From positions 1,308,951 to 1,372,950 of the forward strand of contig OZ244838.1 of assembly GCA_965220695.1 (NCBI GenBank): a DNA stretch of 64,000 nt, in the 5' to 3' direction. The translations under genes and the position numbers were made by a program. Of this stretch, positions 8,822 through 18,021 are shown one piece after another. This DNA comes from Vicinamibacterales bacterium. GTDB taxonomy: Bacteria; Acidobacteriota; Vicinamibacteria; Vicinamibacterales; UBA8438. Numbering within the stretch: position 1 is the first letter of the stretch; the number at the start of each line of letters is the position of its first letter. The notes beneath the pieces were generated by a model. The model did not search any database. It worked only from the letters and a program-made list of their open reading frames with translations, and was not told the origin of the DNA.

Positions 8822-11206
8822 CTAGAACAGCACGTTCAGGACGACCCGCGCCGTCCGCGGCAGCGACGGATGGAAGTGCACGTCTTCGACACCGCCCGGC
8901 GGTTCTCCCGGTAAGCGGGACTCGTAGAAATAGTCGATGTCGGACACGTTGCTGTCAAGCAGGTTGAACCCCTGCACGCTGATGCTCGCACGGTCGTTGA
9001 CGTGAAAGCCGATCTCGCCGTTCCAGATGGTGGTCGACTCGGACAGCACGCTGCCGTCCTCGATGAGGGGCCGCGGACCGAAGTGGCGCAGCCGGATGCT
9101 CCCGTAGAGCCGCCGGCTTGGCTCGACCGTCAGGGAACCGGCCACGACCCGGTCGAGGGCGCCCGGAATGAGATTGCCGGCCGGGTCCGAGTCAGAGAAC
9201 CGCGCCCGCGACAACGACAGATCGATCTCGCCGGTCAGCCAGGCGTTCACCCGCACGTAGTTCGTCCATTCCACCCCCACGCGCCGGCTCGGCCGGCTGG
9301 CTTCGGTGATGCCGGCGTCCCCGACGAAGAGGAGCTCCGAGTCGAACGACAGGTACCACAGGGCCACGGTCGACTGCACGCCTCCGAAACGGACCGTGCG
9401 CAGCCCGATTTCCGCGCCGTTCGCCGGGACGAGCGGGTCCTCCCGGTCCACCGGATCTCCGCTGACCGGATCGATGCGCACGGTCGCCGCCCGCGGGTCG
9501 TTGCTGTGGAACCCGCGGCCGTAGTTCATGTAGATTTCGGTGCCCGCCCAGGGGCCGAGGACGGCGGTCAGCTTCGGGCTCACCAGTCCCGAATGACCGC
9601 TCCCCGAGTTCAACGCGTTCCTGGCCGTCACGGCGTAGCGATAGACGTCGGTCCGCACCCCGAGCGTCGTGCGGAAGACGCGGCTCCATTCGATCTCGCT
9701 CTGGGCGAACAGTCCGGCGGTCGTCTGTCCGACCCGGTCATCCCGAATCGTGTTGAAGCGCCGGCGTGCGACGGTGTTGAAGAGACGGAGGGCGCCGACG
9801 GCGTCGTTCCTGTACGAGACCCCGACGGACGTTTCGGCAGGCCGGTTCAGTACCCGGCCCAGACGCCGGTGCACCAGCCGGGCGCCGGAGCTCCAGCGGC
9901 GGCCTTCCTGCTCCACCTGGTCGCCGTTCACCGGGTCGGCGAGGAAATAGGTGAAATTCTGAAAGAGGTTGAGCCCGCCGCGCAGCGCATACGCCGTGAC
10001 CCGGGTCGAGCGGTTGGCGCTCGACCGCAGACCGTCGAATGCCATCGTGTAGCGATAGGCGCGGCCGGCGTCGGTCGGGTCGATGTTGCCGAAGCGGCTG
10101 ATCCCTCCGGGGCCAACCGCCCGCGCCGGAATCTGGTCGGTCGAGTTCCAGTCGCCGGTGTACCCCATGCCGGTCAACGAAAAACCGTTCTGCTGGTTGC
10201 CCTGGCTGTAGCGCACCACGGCGTTGACTTTCTGCATGTCGTCGGGCAGCTCCCAGGGGCCGTCGTTGCGGCCGAGCTCCAGCGCCAGCAGCATGTTGCC
10301 CGCACCGACTTCCGGTGATACCGCCCCCAGCACGCGGCCCCAGCCGTAGCCTCCCGCGCTGACGCTGAACAGCGGCTCGTCGAGGCGGTTGACGTAGTTG
10401 ATGTTCGCCGAACCGGCCGCCGAGAAGTCGCCATGCTCGGCGAAGTAGGGGCCCTTGGTGTATTGCACGCCGCTGACCAGCTCCGGAATGAGCTGGTTCA
10501 CGTCCGTATACCCGTGGGCGTGTGCGCCCGACGACTCGTTCAGCGGCACCCCGGCCAGTGTCGTCGCGAAGTCGGAGCCGTGGTCGAGGTTGAAGCCACG
10601 CAGGTAGTACTGGTTGGCTTTCCCCTCGCCGCTGTGCTGGCTGACGACGAAGCCGGGCACCGATTCCATGACCTCGCCCGGCCGCATGATCGGTCTGGCC
10701 GCCAACTGCCCGGCGGTAATGGCCCCCACGCTCGCGGAGGTCGCGATGCCCACCAGGTTCTCTCGCGGGTTGTCGAGGTCCGCGATGTTCCGGAACGTGC
10801 GGCTTCCGGTGACGACCACGTCGGCGGTGATGCCCAGCGCCAGCCGGGCGTCGAGGGTGGCGGTTTCCCCGCCGACGACGGTGACGTCCGCGCGGAACGT
10901 CGAGAAATTGACCAGCCGCACCACCAGCGTCGCCGGTCCGGCCGGAATCCCCTCGATGCGGTACACGCCGACCGCATCGGTGACGGCGATACGCTCATCC
11001 CCGCCCGTTTCGACGACGACGGACGCACCAGGCAGCACGCCGCCGGTATCGTCAGCGACGACGCCGGTGATGACGCCACCGGTCTGGCCGAACGCGATCG
11101 CCGGCGACGCGGCCAGCACCGCGCAGCAGGCGGTGAACGCCAGCACGGCGCGCCCGCTCCGGACCGCAGGACGCCGCCCGCGCCCGGACGTCGTATTTCC
11201 GCTCAC
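8822..11206 (-). CDS. TonB-dependent receptor with N-terminal carboxypeptidase-regulatory-like domain
   Basis: 794 aa with a signal peptide. 'GVITGVVADDTGGVLPGASVVV' is CarboxypepD_reg-like, followed by plug and barrel regions and a C-terminal '..VVLNVLF' aromatic terminus. Confidence 0.85.
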   Translation of the reverse strand: MSGNTTSGRGRRPAVRSGRAVLAFTACCAVLAASPAIAFGQTGGVITGVVADDTGGVLPGASVVVETGGDERIAVTDAVGVYRIEGIPAGPATLVVRLVNFSTFRADVTVVGGETATLDARLALGITADVVVTGSRTFRNIADLDNPRENLVGIATSASVGAITAGQLAARPIMRPGEVMESVPGFVVSQHSGEGKANQYYLRGFNLDHGSDFATTLAGVPLNESSGAHAHGYTDVNQLIPELVSGVQYTKGPYFAEHGDFSAAGSANINYVNRLDEPLFSVSAGGYGWGRVLGAVSPEVGAGNMLLALELGRNDGPWELPDDMQKVNAVVRYSQGNQQNGFSLTGMGYTGDWNSTDQIPARAVGPGGISRFGNIDPTDAGRAYRYTMAFDGLRSSANRSTRVTAYALRGGLNLFQNFTYFLADPVNGDQVEQEGRRWSSGARLVHRRLGRVLNRPAETSVGVSYRNDAVGALRLFNTVARRRFNTIRDDRVGQTTAGLFAQSEIEWSRVFRTTLGVRTDVYRYAVTARNALNSGSGHSGLVSPKLTAVLGPWAGTEIYMNYGRGFHSNDPRAATVRIDPVSGDPVDREDPLVPANGAEIGLRTVRFGGVQSTVALWYLSFDSELLFVGDAGITEASRPSRRVGVEWTNYVRVNAWLTGEIDLSLSRARFSDSDPAGNLIPGALDRVVAGSLTVEPSRRLYGSIRLRHFGPRPLIEDGSVLSESTTIWNGEIGFHVNDRASISVQGFNLLDSNVSDIDYFYESRLPGEPPGGVEDVHFHPSLPRTARVVLNVLF

Positions 11207-11371
11207 CCTGCACCTCTATCCGACGATGCGATCACTGTGTGGCGTAACCGCGGCGCCGGCATCCGGATAGTGTGAAGCAGGGGAGCGCCGCGCGTTCCTG
11301 AAAACTGCCTGAATTCTGGACCCCGGGGGTTGGCCGCTGCGCGGTCGCCCGCGATTGCGATAAGGTGTTGA

Positions 11372-11556
11372 CAGTCCATGGCAAGAGTCCCGCTGCATTC
11401 GACCGGCGCTGCGGTCGCAAATTTCCCAATTTGCTCGCTGTCCCGTCTGACGGCGTTGCTCCTCCGTCACACATGTCCCAATGTGCTCCCTCGTCGCGCC
11501 TTGTCAGCCGGGCGCAGCGCCGCTCTCGGTGCGACGCGGGGTTCTACCACGGGCTG
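11372..11556 (+). mobile_element. MITE-like repeat, copy B
   Basis: 'CAGTCCATGGCAAGAGTCCCGCTGCATTCGACC...CCCAATGTGCTCCCTCGTCGCGCCTTGTCAGCCGGGCG...TCTCGGTGCGACGCGGGGTTCTACCACGGGCTG'. It lies between the divergent TonB-dependent receptor (TBDR) and thiolase-operon genes. Confidence 0.75.
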
Positions 11557-11564
11557 TTAACCCG

Positions 11565-13031
11565 ATGTCGGTCGGTATTCATGCCTGTGGCGGCTATGTT
11601 CCGCGCGCGCGCCTCCAGCGGCGGGTCGTGGCCGAGGCCAATGCCTGGTTCGCGCCGGGGCTGCGGGGAATCGGCCGGGGTGAGCGGTCGATCGCCAACT
11701 GGGACGAGGACGCGGTCACCATGGCCGTGGAGGCGGCCCGGGACGCGCTGGCCGGCCGGCGCCGCGACGGTATCGAAGGGCTGTATCTCGCGTCCACCAC
11801 GCTGCCGTTTCAGGACCGCCAGAATGCCGGCATCGTCGCCGAAGCGCTGAGCCTGGGGTCCGGTGTGCGTACCCTCGACATCGCCGGTTCGCAACGGGCC
11901 GGCACCTCGGCCCTGATCACGGCGTGTCAAGCGGTCGCGGGCGGCGGCGGGCCGGTGCTGGTCGCGGGCGCCGACAAGCGGCGCACCAGGGCCGCCAGCC
12001 CACTCGAGCTGACGGCCGGCGACGGCGCCGCGGCGCTGCTCGTCGACGACGGCGACGGCGCCGCCCGGTTGTTGGGTCATGCCACCGAGACCGCCGACTT
12101 CGTGGACCACTACCGCGGTCCGCACGAGGAGTTCGACTACGTCTGGGAGGAACGCTGGATCAGGGACGAGGGCCTGCTGAAGCTCGTGCCCGCCGCGGTG
12201 ATCCGGGCGCTCGAGGCGGCGGGCGTTGCGCCCGACGCTGTCGACCATTTCTGTTTCCCCTCCGCCGCCCGCCGGGTCGGTGCCGCGCTCGCCAGGACGC
12301 TCGGGCTCCGTCCGGACAGCGTGCGAGACAACCTGCAGGGGCGTTGCGGCGAGACCGGGACGGCGCACCCGCTGGTCATGCTGGTCCATGCGCTCGAAGA
12401 GGCGCAGCCGGGCGATACCATACTGGTCGCCGGGTTCGGCCAGGGCTGCGACGCGATCGTGGTGCAGGCTACCGGGTCGGTGGCCGCGGCGAGGCCGCCC
12501 GTGGGGATCGGCGGCCACCTCGCGCGGCGGCGGGAAGAGACCAACTACCAGCGCTATCTGACCATCAACGATCTGCTGACCATCGAACGGGGCCTGCGGG
12601 CCGAAGTGGACAAGCAGACCGGGCTGACCACCTTATATCGCAACCGCGAGATGCTGCTCGGTCTGGTCGGCGGACGCTGCCGCGCCTGCGGTACCCCGCA
12701 GTACCCCAAGAGCCAGGTCTGCGCCAACCCCGACTGTCATGAGGTCGACAGTCAGGACGACCACCCGTTCTCGGAGATGACGGCCTCGCTGAACTCCTAT
12801 ACCGCCGACCGTCTCACGTACAGCCCCGACCCGCCGGCCTACTACGGCATGGTGCAGTTCGACGAGGGCGGCCGGGTGATGATCGACTTCACCGACATCG
12901 ATCCGGGCGCCGAGCTGCAGGTCGGCCAGCCGATGCGCATGCGGTTCCGGATCAAGGACTACGACACCGCCCGCGGTTTCCGGCGCTATTTCTGGAAGGC
13001 GGCGCCCGCGGATCACCAGGAAGGCACGTGA
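11565..13031 (+). CDS. HMG-CoA-synthase-like (thiolase-fold) domain fused to DUF35 Zn-ribbon/OB-fold domain
   Basis: ATG 11565. 'VGIHACGGYVPRARL..NWDEDAVTMAVEAARDAL..GDGAAALLV' is HMGCS/KAS-III-like. The C-terminal 'GGRCRACGTPQYPKSQVCANPDC' Zn ribbon plus OB fold is DUF35-like. Confidence 0.7.
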   Translation: MSVGIHACGGYVPRARLQRRVVAEANAWFAPGLRGIGRGERSIANWDEDAVTMAVEAARDALAGRRRDGIEGLYLASTTLPFQDRQNAGIVAEALSLGSGVRTLDIAGSQRAGTSALITACQAVAGGGGPVLVAGADKRRTRAASPLELTAGDGAAALLVDDGDGAARLLGHATETADFVDHYRGPHEEFDYVWEERWIRDEGLLKLVPAAVIRALEAAGVAPDAVDHFCFPSAARRVGAALARTLGLRPDSVRDNLQGRCGETGTAHPLVMLVHALEEAQPGDTILVAGFGQGCDAIVVQATGSVAAARPPVGIGGHLARRREETNYQRYLTINDLLTIERGLRAEVDKQTGLTTLYRNREMLLGLVGGRCRACGTPQYPKSQVCANPDCHEVDSQDDHPFSEMTASLNSYTADRLTYSPDPPAYYGMVQFDEGGRVMIDFTDIDPGAELQVGQPMRMRFRIKDYDTARGFRRYFWKAAPADHQEGT

Positions 13032-14239
13032 TCATGGCCAGTGGCATCAAGGACAAGGTCGCTCTGCTCGGGATGGGCTGCTCGAACTTCGGCGAACGCT
13101 GGAACGACAATGCCGAAGCCCTCATGCTGGAAGCGTTCTCCGAGGCGCTCGCCGACGCCGGCATCGAGAAGAACCAGATCGAGGCGGCCTGGTTCGCCAC
13201 CGCGATCGAGGAGCAGCACGTCGGCAAGTCGGGCATCCCGCTGGCGGTGGCGCTGCGGCTGCCGCTGATACCGGTCACCCGCGTCGAGAACTACTGCGCC
13301 TCGGGCTCGGAAGCGTTCCGCGGCGCGGTATACGCCGTCGCCTCCGGCGCCTGCGACATCGCCCTGGCCCTGGGTGTCGAGAAGCTCAAGGACACCGGGT
13401 ACGGCGGGCTGCCGCAGCGCAGCCGCGGCGCGGTCAACGACATGTACTGGTCGAACATGTCGGCGCCCGGCGCGTTCGCCCAGCTCGCGCTGGCCTACCA
13501 GGCCAGGCACGGGGTCTCGCGCGAGGACCTCAAGCGCGCCATGGCCCACATCTCGGTCAAAAGCCACGACAACGGCGCCAAGAACCCCAAGGCGCATCTC
13601 AGGAAGCCGATCGATGAGGACAGGGCGCTCAATGCGCCGATGATCGCCGACCCGCTGGGGCTGTTCGACTGCTGCGGCGTCTCGGACGGGTCCGCCTGCG
13701 CCATCGTGACGACGCCCGACATTGCCCGCGCGCTGGGCAAGAAGGACCTGATCACGGTCAAGGCGTTGCAACTGTCGGTCTCCAACGGCACCGAGACGCA
13801 GCACAACTCCTGGGACGGCAGCTACTTCATGACCACCCGCGCCGCGGCGCGGCGGGCTTACGAGGAGGCCGGCGTGACGCATCCGCGCGAGTCGATCAGC
13901 CTCACCGAGGTCCACGACTGCTTTTCGGTCACCGAGCTGATCACGATGGAGGACCTCGGCATTTCGCCGGAGGGCGGCGCGATCAGGGACGTGATGGACG
14001 GCTTCTACAATGCGGATGGCGCGTTGCCGTGCCAGATCGACGGCGGACTGAAGTGCTTCGGGCACCCCATCGGGGCCTCCGGGCTGCGCATGCTGTACGA
14101 GATCTACCTGCAGATGCAGGGCCGCGCCGGCGACCGCCAGCGTGGAGACCAACCGGTGCTCGGTCTCACCCACAACCTGGGCGGCTTCCCGCACCTGAAC
14201 GTCAGCTCGGTGACGATCGTCGGGCAGCAGGGGGCCTGA
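13028..14239 (+). CDS. SCP-x-type thiolase (thiolase domain protein)
   Basis: 'VENYCASGSEAFR' holds the nucleophile Cys, and 'CFGHPIGASGLRM' and 'THNLGG' are also present. The start is GTG 13028 (GTGA overlap with the upstream stop) or ATG 13034. Confidence 0.8.
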   Translation: MIMASGIKDKVALLGMGCSNFGERWNDNAEALMLEAFSEALADAGIEKNQIEAAWFATAIEEQHVGKSGIPLAVALRLPLIPVTRVENYCASGSEAFRGAVYAVASGACDIALALGVEKLKDTGYGGLPQRSRGAVNDMYWSNMSAPGAFAQLALAYQARHGVSREDLKRAMAHISVKSHDNGAKNPKAHLRKPIDEDRALNAPMIADPLGLFDCCGVSDGSACAIVTTPDIARALGKKDLITVKALQLSVSNGTETQHNSWDGSYFMTTRAAARRAYEEAGVTHPRESISLTEVHDCFSVTELITMEDLGISPEGGAIRDVMDGFYNADGALPCQIDGGLKCFGHPIGASGLRMLYEIYLQMQGRAGDRQRGDQPVLGLTHNLGGFPHLNVSSVTIVGQQGA

Positions 14240-14323
14240 GCGGGTGGCGCTGCGGCGCTTCCGCGGTCGGCGTCACGGCGGTGGGATCTGCCTGCCGGGC
14301 CGGGCTCGGAGACTACGGAGACG

Positions 14324-17300
14324 ATGACGGGCGCGAACACGAGACTGCCGGCCGCGGTAGAGACCTACTTCAGCGATCTCCGGCGGGTAAGCGCCTCGGG
14401 TGGGGCGACCGGGGAACGGTCGAGCTACGGGCCGCTGGCGAATCTGTTGAACGCCGTGGGCGCCACGCTCAAGCCGAAGGTGTTCTGTGTCGGCGAGCTG
14501 GCCGACCAGGGTGCGGGTCATCCAGACTTCGGCCTCTACGCCGCGCAGCAGGTGCAGAAGGGCCGGCCGCGCGAGGGGCAGGCGCCGGAACGCGGCGTGG
14601 TGGAGGTCAAGTCGTCCGACGAGGACGCGCGCACGACGGCCGTGCGCGAGCAGGTTGCGCGCTACTGGCACCGCTACGACCTGGTGCTGGTGACCAACCT
14701 GCGCGAGTTTGCACTGGTCGGTCCGGACCGGCTCGGCGGAGACACGACGCTCGAGTCGTTCCGTCTGGCGGCCGGCGCGGACGAGTTCGTCCGCAAGCTG
14801 GAGACACCGCGCGCCTTTGCCCGCGAGGTCGGCGCCGGCCTCGGGGAGTATCTCGTCCGCGCGCTGTCACACCGCGCGGTGCTGGCCGATCCGCAGGACC
14901 TGGCCTGGCTGCTCGCGTCCTACGCCCGCGACGGGCTCGCTCGTGTCGACGCCGCGGGCGACGCGCCGTCGCTGGCGGCAGTGCGGTCCGCGCTCGAAGA
15001 GGCGCTCGGCACCCGCTTCGAGGGCGACAAGGGCGCGCGCTTCTTCCATTCGACCCTGGTCCAGACGCTGTTCTATGGCGTCTTCTCCGCCTGGGTGCTG
15101 TGGGCGCGGCAGACGCCGCCGCCCGCCGGCACGTTCAACTGGCATGAAGCGGTCTGGCATCTGCGCGCGCCGGTGTTGCGGGCTCTGTTCCAGCAGCTTT
15201 CCGACCCCGGCCGCCTGCAACCGCTCGGTCTTGTGGAGGTGCTGGACTGGACCGCGGCGGCACTCGACCGGGTGGACCGGCCCGCCTTCTTCGCCCGCTT
15301 CAACGAGGGCGAGGCGGTGCCCTATTTCTACGAGCCGTTCCTGGAAGCCTTCGACCCCGATCTGCGCAAGCAGTTGGGTGTCTGGTACACGCCGGCCGAA
15401 GTCGTGCGCTACATGGTCGCCCGTGTGGACCGTGCGTTGAAGGACGACCTCGACATACCGGACGGGCTGGCGGCAGAGAACGTCTACGTGCTCGATCCGT
15501 GCTGCGGCACCGGCGCCTATCTTGCCGAAGTGCTGCGCCGCATCGCCGCCAACCTGGCAGGGAGGGGCCTCGGCGCGCTCACCGGTGCGCGGGTGAAGCA
15601 GGCGGCGACGGAACGCGTGTTCGGCTTCGAGATCATGCCCGCGCCCTACGTCGTCGCCCATCTGCAGGTCGGACTGACGATGCAGGCGCTCGACGCGCCG
15701 CTGGCCGATGATGGAGCGGAACGCGCCGGCATCTACCTCACCAACGCCCTGACCGGCTGGGAACCGAAAACGACCCGGCCGCTGCCGTTCCCGGAGCTGG
15801 AGGAAGAACGCGACCGCGCCGAACGCGTGAAACAGGATGGGCCCATCCTCGTGATCCTCGGCAACCCGCCCTACAACGGTTTCGCCGGCATGGCGGTGGA
15901 CGAGGAGCGTGGGCTGTCGGACGCCTACCGGACGACCAGACGCGTGCGCCGGCCCGAGGGCCAGGGACTGAACGATCTCTATGTCCGCTTCTTCCGCATG
16001 GCGGAACGGCGCATCGTGGAGAAAACCGGCCGGGGCGTGGTCTGCTTCATCTCGAACTACTCCTGGCTCGACGGGCTGTCCTTCACCGGGATGCGGGAGC
16101 GCTACCTCGATGCGTTCGACGCGGTCCGCGTCGACTGCCTGAACGGCGACAAGTACAAGACCGGCAAGGTGGCGCCGGACGGCTCGCCAGACCCGAGCAT
16201 CTTCTCGACGGCCGCCGACCCGGTCGGCATCCAGGTCGGGACCGCCATCGCGACGCTGGTGCGCAAGGCAGAGCACACGCCCGCCGATACGATCGACTTC
16301 CGTCATTTGTGGGGCCAGGCGAAACGTTCGGACTTGACCGCGACGGCGGAGACGAATCCCAACACGCTCTACGAGGGCATCACACCGGCCCTGCCGCTCG
16401 GGTTGCCGTTCGTGCGAACGGCGGTGAGCGAGGACTGGTTCGACTGGCCGGCGTTGCCCGATCTGTTCCCGGTGTCGTTTCCGGGAGTCAAGACCAGCCG
16501 AGACGGGTTTCTGGTCGATGTCAATCTCGACCGGCTGCGGGCACGCGTCCGGGACTACTTCGACCCGAACGTGAGCCATGAGGAGATCGCCCGCCGCCAT
16601 CCCGCCGCGATGAAGACGACGTCGGGGTTCAACGCAAGCAAGGTCCGTGACGCGCTGCTCGCACGCGGTGGACCGAACGAGGGCGGCTTCGTCCGATTCG
16701 CGTACCGGCCGTTCGACACGCGCTGGCTCTATTGGGAAGCCGACGGCAGCCTGCTTGACCGCCCGCGACCCGATTACAGGCCGCACGTGTTCGAGGGGAA
16801 CCTGTGGATTGAAGCACGCCAACGGGAAGCCAAGGAAGATTTCTCAAGGGGTACTTTCGTCCGGAACCTAGCTGACAATTTTGGTAGTGGTTTTTCGAGT
16901 TTTTTCCCCATGTGGCATCGGAGTGACAGCATCGGAAACGATGGCGACGGCACCCGCCGTGCCAATCTCTCGGGCACGGCGCAACGATATCTCGACCGCC
17001 TCGGCGGAAACGTAGGGGACCTGTTCCACCACGTCCTTGCTGTGCTGCATGATCCCGCATACCGCGAGGCGAACGCCGGGGCGCTGCGCATGGAGTGGCC
17101 GCGCATTCCGCTTCCGGGTTGGCCGGACGGCGGGGCTGACGGCGCGGCGGAAACGCTCGCCCGCTCGGCGGCGCGCGGACGGGATCTCGCGGCCCTGCTC
17201 GATTCTGACACTCCCGTTGCGGGCGTCACGGAAGGCGTTCTGCGCCCGGAAATCGCCGCCATCGCCGTGCCCGCCACCGTCGACGGACGGAACATGACCG

Positions 17301-17665
17301 GAGACAACTTCGCGCTGACCGCGGGATGGGGGCACTACGGAACGGGTGGTGCAGTGATGCCCGGCCAGGGCCGGGTGGTCGAGCGGGTGTATGCGTCTGA
17401 GGAGCGCACCGCGTTCGGCGACGCCCTGCCCACCCTCGGAGAGACCACGTTCGACGTGTACCTGAACGACCGCACGTTCTGGCGCAACGTTCCCGCCGCC
17501 GTCTGGAGCTACAAGCTCGGCGGCTATCAGGTCCTCAAGAAGTGGCTCTCCTACCGCGAACGCAATATCCTCGACCGCCCGCTCAAGCCGGAGCAAGTCC
17601 AGCACTTCACCGACACCGCCCGGCGGATTGCCAGGATAGTGGCAATGTCGAGAACAGAGGAGTAG
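14324..17665 (+). CDS. MmeI-like single-polypeptide Type IIG/IIL restriction-modification enzyme (nuclease + gamma-class N6-adenine methyltransferase (MTase) + target-recognition domain)
   Basis: The N-terminus 'GHPDFGLY..(24)..GVVEVKSSDED..YDLVLVTNLREFAL' gives a PD..EXK motif laid out as in MmeI. MTase motif I is 'VLDPCCGTGAYL' and motif IV is 'LGNPPYNGF'. The C-terminal 'WSYKLGGYQVLKKWLSYRE' resembles Type ISP/IIG specificity domains. No helicase domain is present. Confidence 0.6.
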   Translation: MTGANTRLPAAVETYFSDLRRVSASGGATGERSSYGPLANLLNAVGATLKPKVFCVGELADQGAGHPDFGLYAAQQVQKGRPREGQAPERGVVEVKSSDEDARTTAVREQVARYWHRYDLVLVTNLREFALVGPDRLGGDTTLESFRLAAGADEFVRKLETPRAFAREVGAGLGEYLVRALSHRAVLADPQDLAWLLASYARDGLARVDAAGDAPSLAAVRSALEEALGTRFEGDKGARFFHSTLVQTLFYGVFSAWVLWARQTPPPAGTFNWHEAVWHLRAPVLRALFQQLSDPGRLQPLGLVEVLDWTAAALDRVDRPAFFARFNEGEAVPYFYEPFLEAFDPDLRKQLGVWYTPAEVVRYMVARVDRALKDDLDIPDGLAAENVYVLDPCCGTGAYLAEVLRRIAANLAGRGLGALTGARVKQAATERVFGFEIMPAPYVVAHLQVGLTMQALDAPLADDGAERAGIYLTNALTGWEPKTTRPLPFPELEEERDRAERVKQDGPILVILGNPPYNGFAGMAVDEERGLSDAYRTTRRVRRPEGQGLNDLYVRFFRMAERRIVEKTGRGVVCFISNYSWLDGLSFTGMRERYLDAFDAVRVDCLNGDKYKTGKVAPDGSPDPSIFSTAADPVGIQVGTAIATLVRKAEHTPADTIDFRHLWGQAKRSDLTATAETNPNTLYEGITPALPLGLPFVRTAVSEDWFDWPALPDLFPVSFPGVKTSRDGFLVDVNLDRLRARVRDYFDPNVSHEEIARRHPAAMKTTSGFNASKVRDALLARGGPNEGGFVRFAYRPFDTRWLYWEADGSLLDRPRPDYRPHVFEGNLWIEARQREAKEDFSRGTFVRNLADNFGSGFSSFFPMWHRSDSIGNDGDGTRRANLSGTAQRYLDRLGGNVGDLFHHVLAVLHDPAYREANAGALRMEWPRIPLPGWPDGGADGAAETLARSAARGRDLAALLDSDTPVAGVTEGVLRPEIAAIAVPATVDGRNMTGDNFALTAGWGHYGTGGAVMPGQGRVVERVYASEERTAFGDALPTLGETTFDVYLNDRTFWRNVPAAVWSYKLGGYQVLKKWLSYRERNILDRPLKPEQVQHFTDTARRIARIVAMSRTEE

Positions 17666-17667
17666 AG

Positions 17668-17898
17668 ATGACAACGCTCAACATCAAGAATCTGCCTGAT
17701 CATCTGCATGCACAGCTCCGGGAACGGGCCCGGCGAGAACGCCGGTCGGTCTCCCAGGAGGCGATATCGCTCCTGGAGGCGGCGCTCAACCCTCCGGTGC
17801 ACCTCTCCATTCTCGAACTGCGCGGGCTCGGGAAGGAGATGTGGACCGACCGTGACCCGGCAACCCACGTGCAGCGCGAACGAGCCGCCTGGGATTGA
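17668..17898 (+). CDS. Ribbon-helix-helix antitoxin (FitA/VapB-like)
   Basis: ATG 17668 follows GAGGAG. 'MTTLNIKNLPDHLHAQLRERARRERRSVSQEAISLLE' is the typical FitA-like RHH N-terminus. Confidence 0.65.
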   Translation: MTTLNIKNLPDHLHAQLRERARRERRSVSQEAISLLEAALNPPVHLSILELRGLGKEMWTDRDPATHVQRERAAWD

Positions 17899-18021
17899 TG
17901 GCGGATCCGGGCGCGGCTCGGTAGCCCTCGACCCCGCCGTCTGCATCTATTTCATCGAGGAAGGGCTGAGGACCCGGTTCACGAGATCCGGACGTGCTCA
18001 CATGGTGCCCTGCAGCCGCAC
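17898..18021 (+). pseudogene. vapC/PIN toxin remnant (frameshifted, truncated)
   Basis: ATG 17898 overlaps the antitoxin stop (TGATG) but meets TAG after 8 codons. In the next frame, 'VALDPAVCIYFIEEG' matches a VapC N-terminal strand. The reading then runs into the convergent transporter gene. Confidence 0.45.

Noticed and set aside
11207-11371. Possible riboswitch (TPP or cobalamin) upstream of the TonB-dependent receptor
   Set aside because: There is only a vague resemblance ('ATCCGGATGCCGGCG'). It lacks the CTGAGA/ACCTGA TPP core and any B12 box.
14867-16822. 651-aa minus-strand ORF inside the Type IIG gene
   Set aside because: The plus-strand frame carries clear methyltransferase motifs (DPCCGTG, NPPY). 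The antisense product is Arg/Gly-rich junk.
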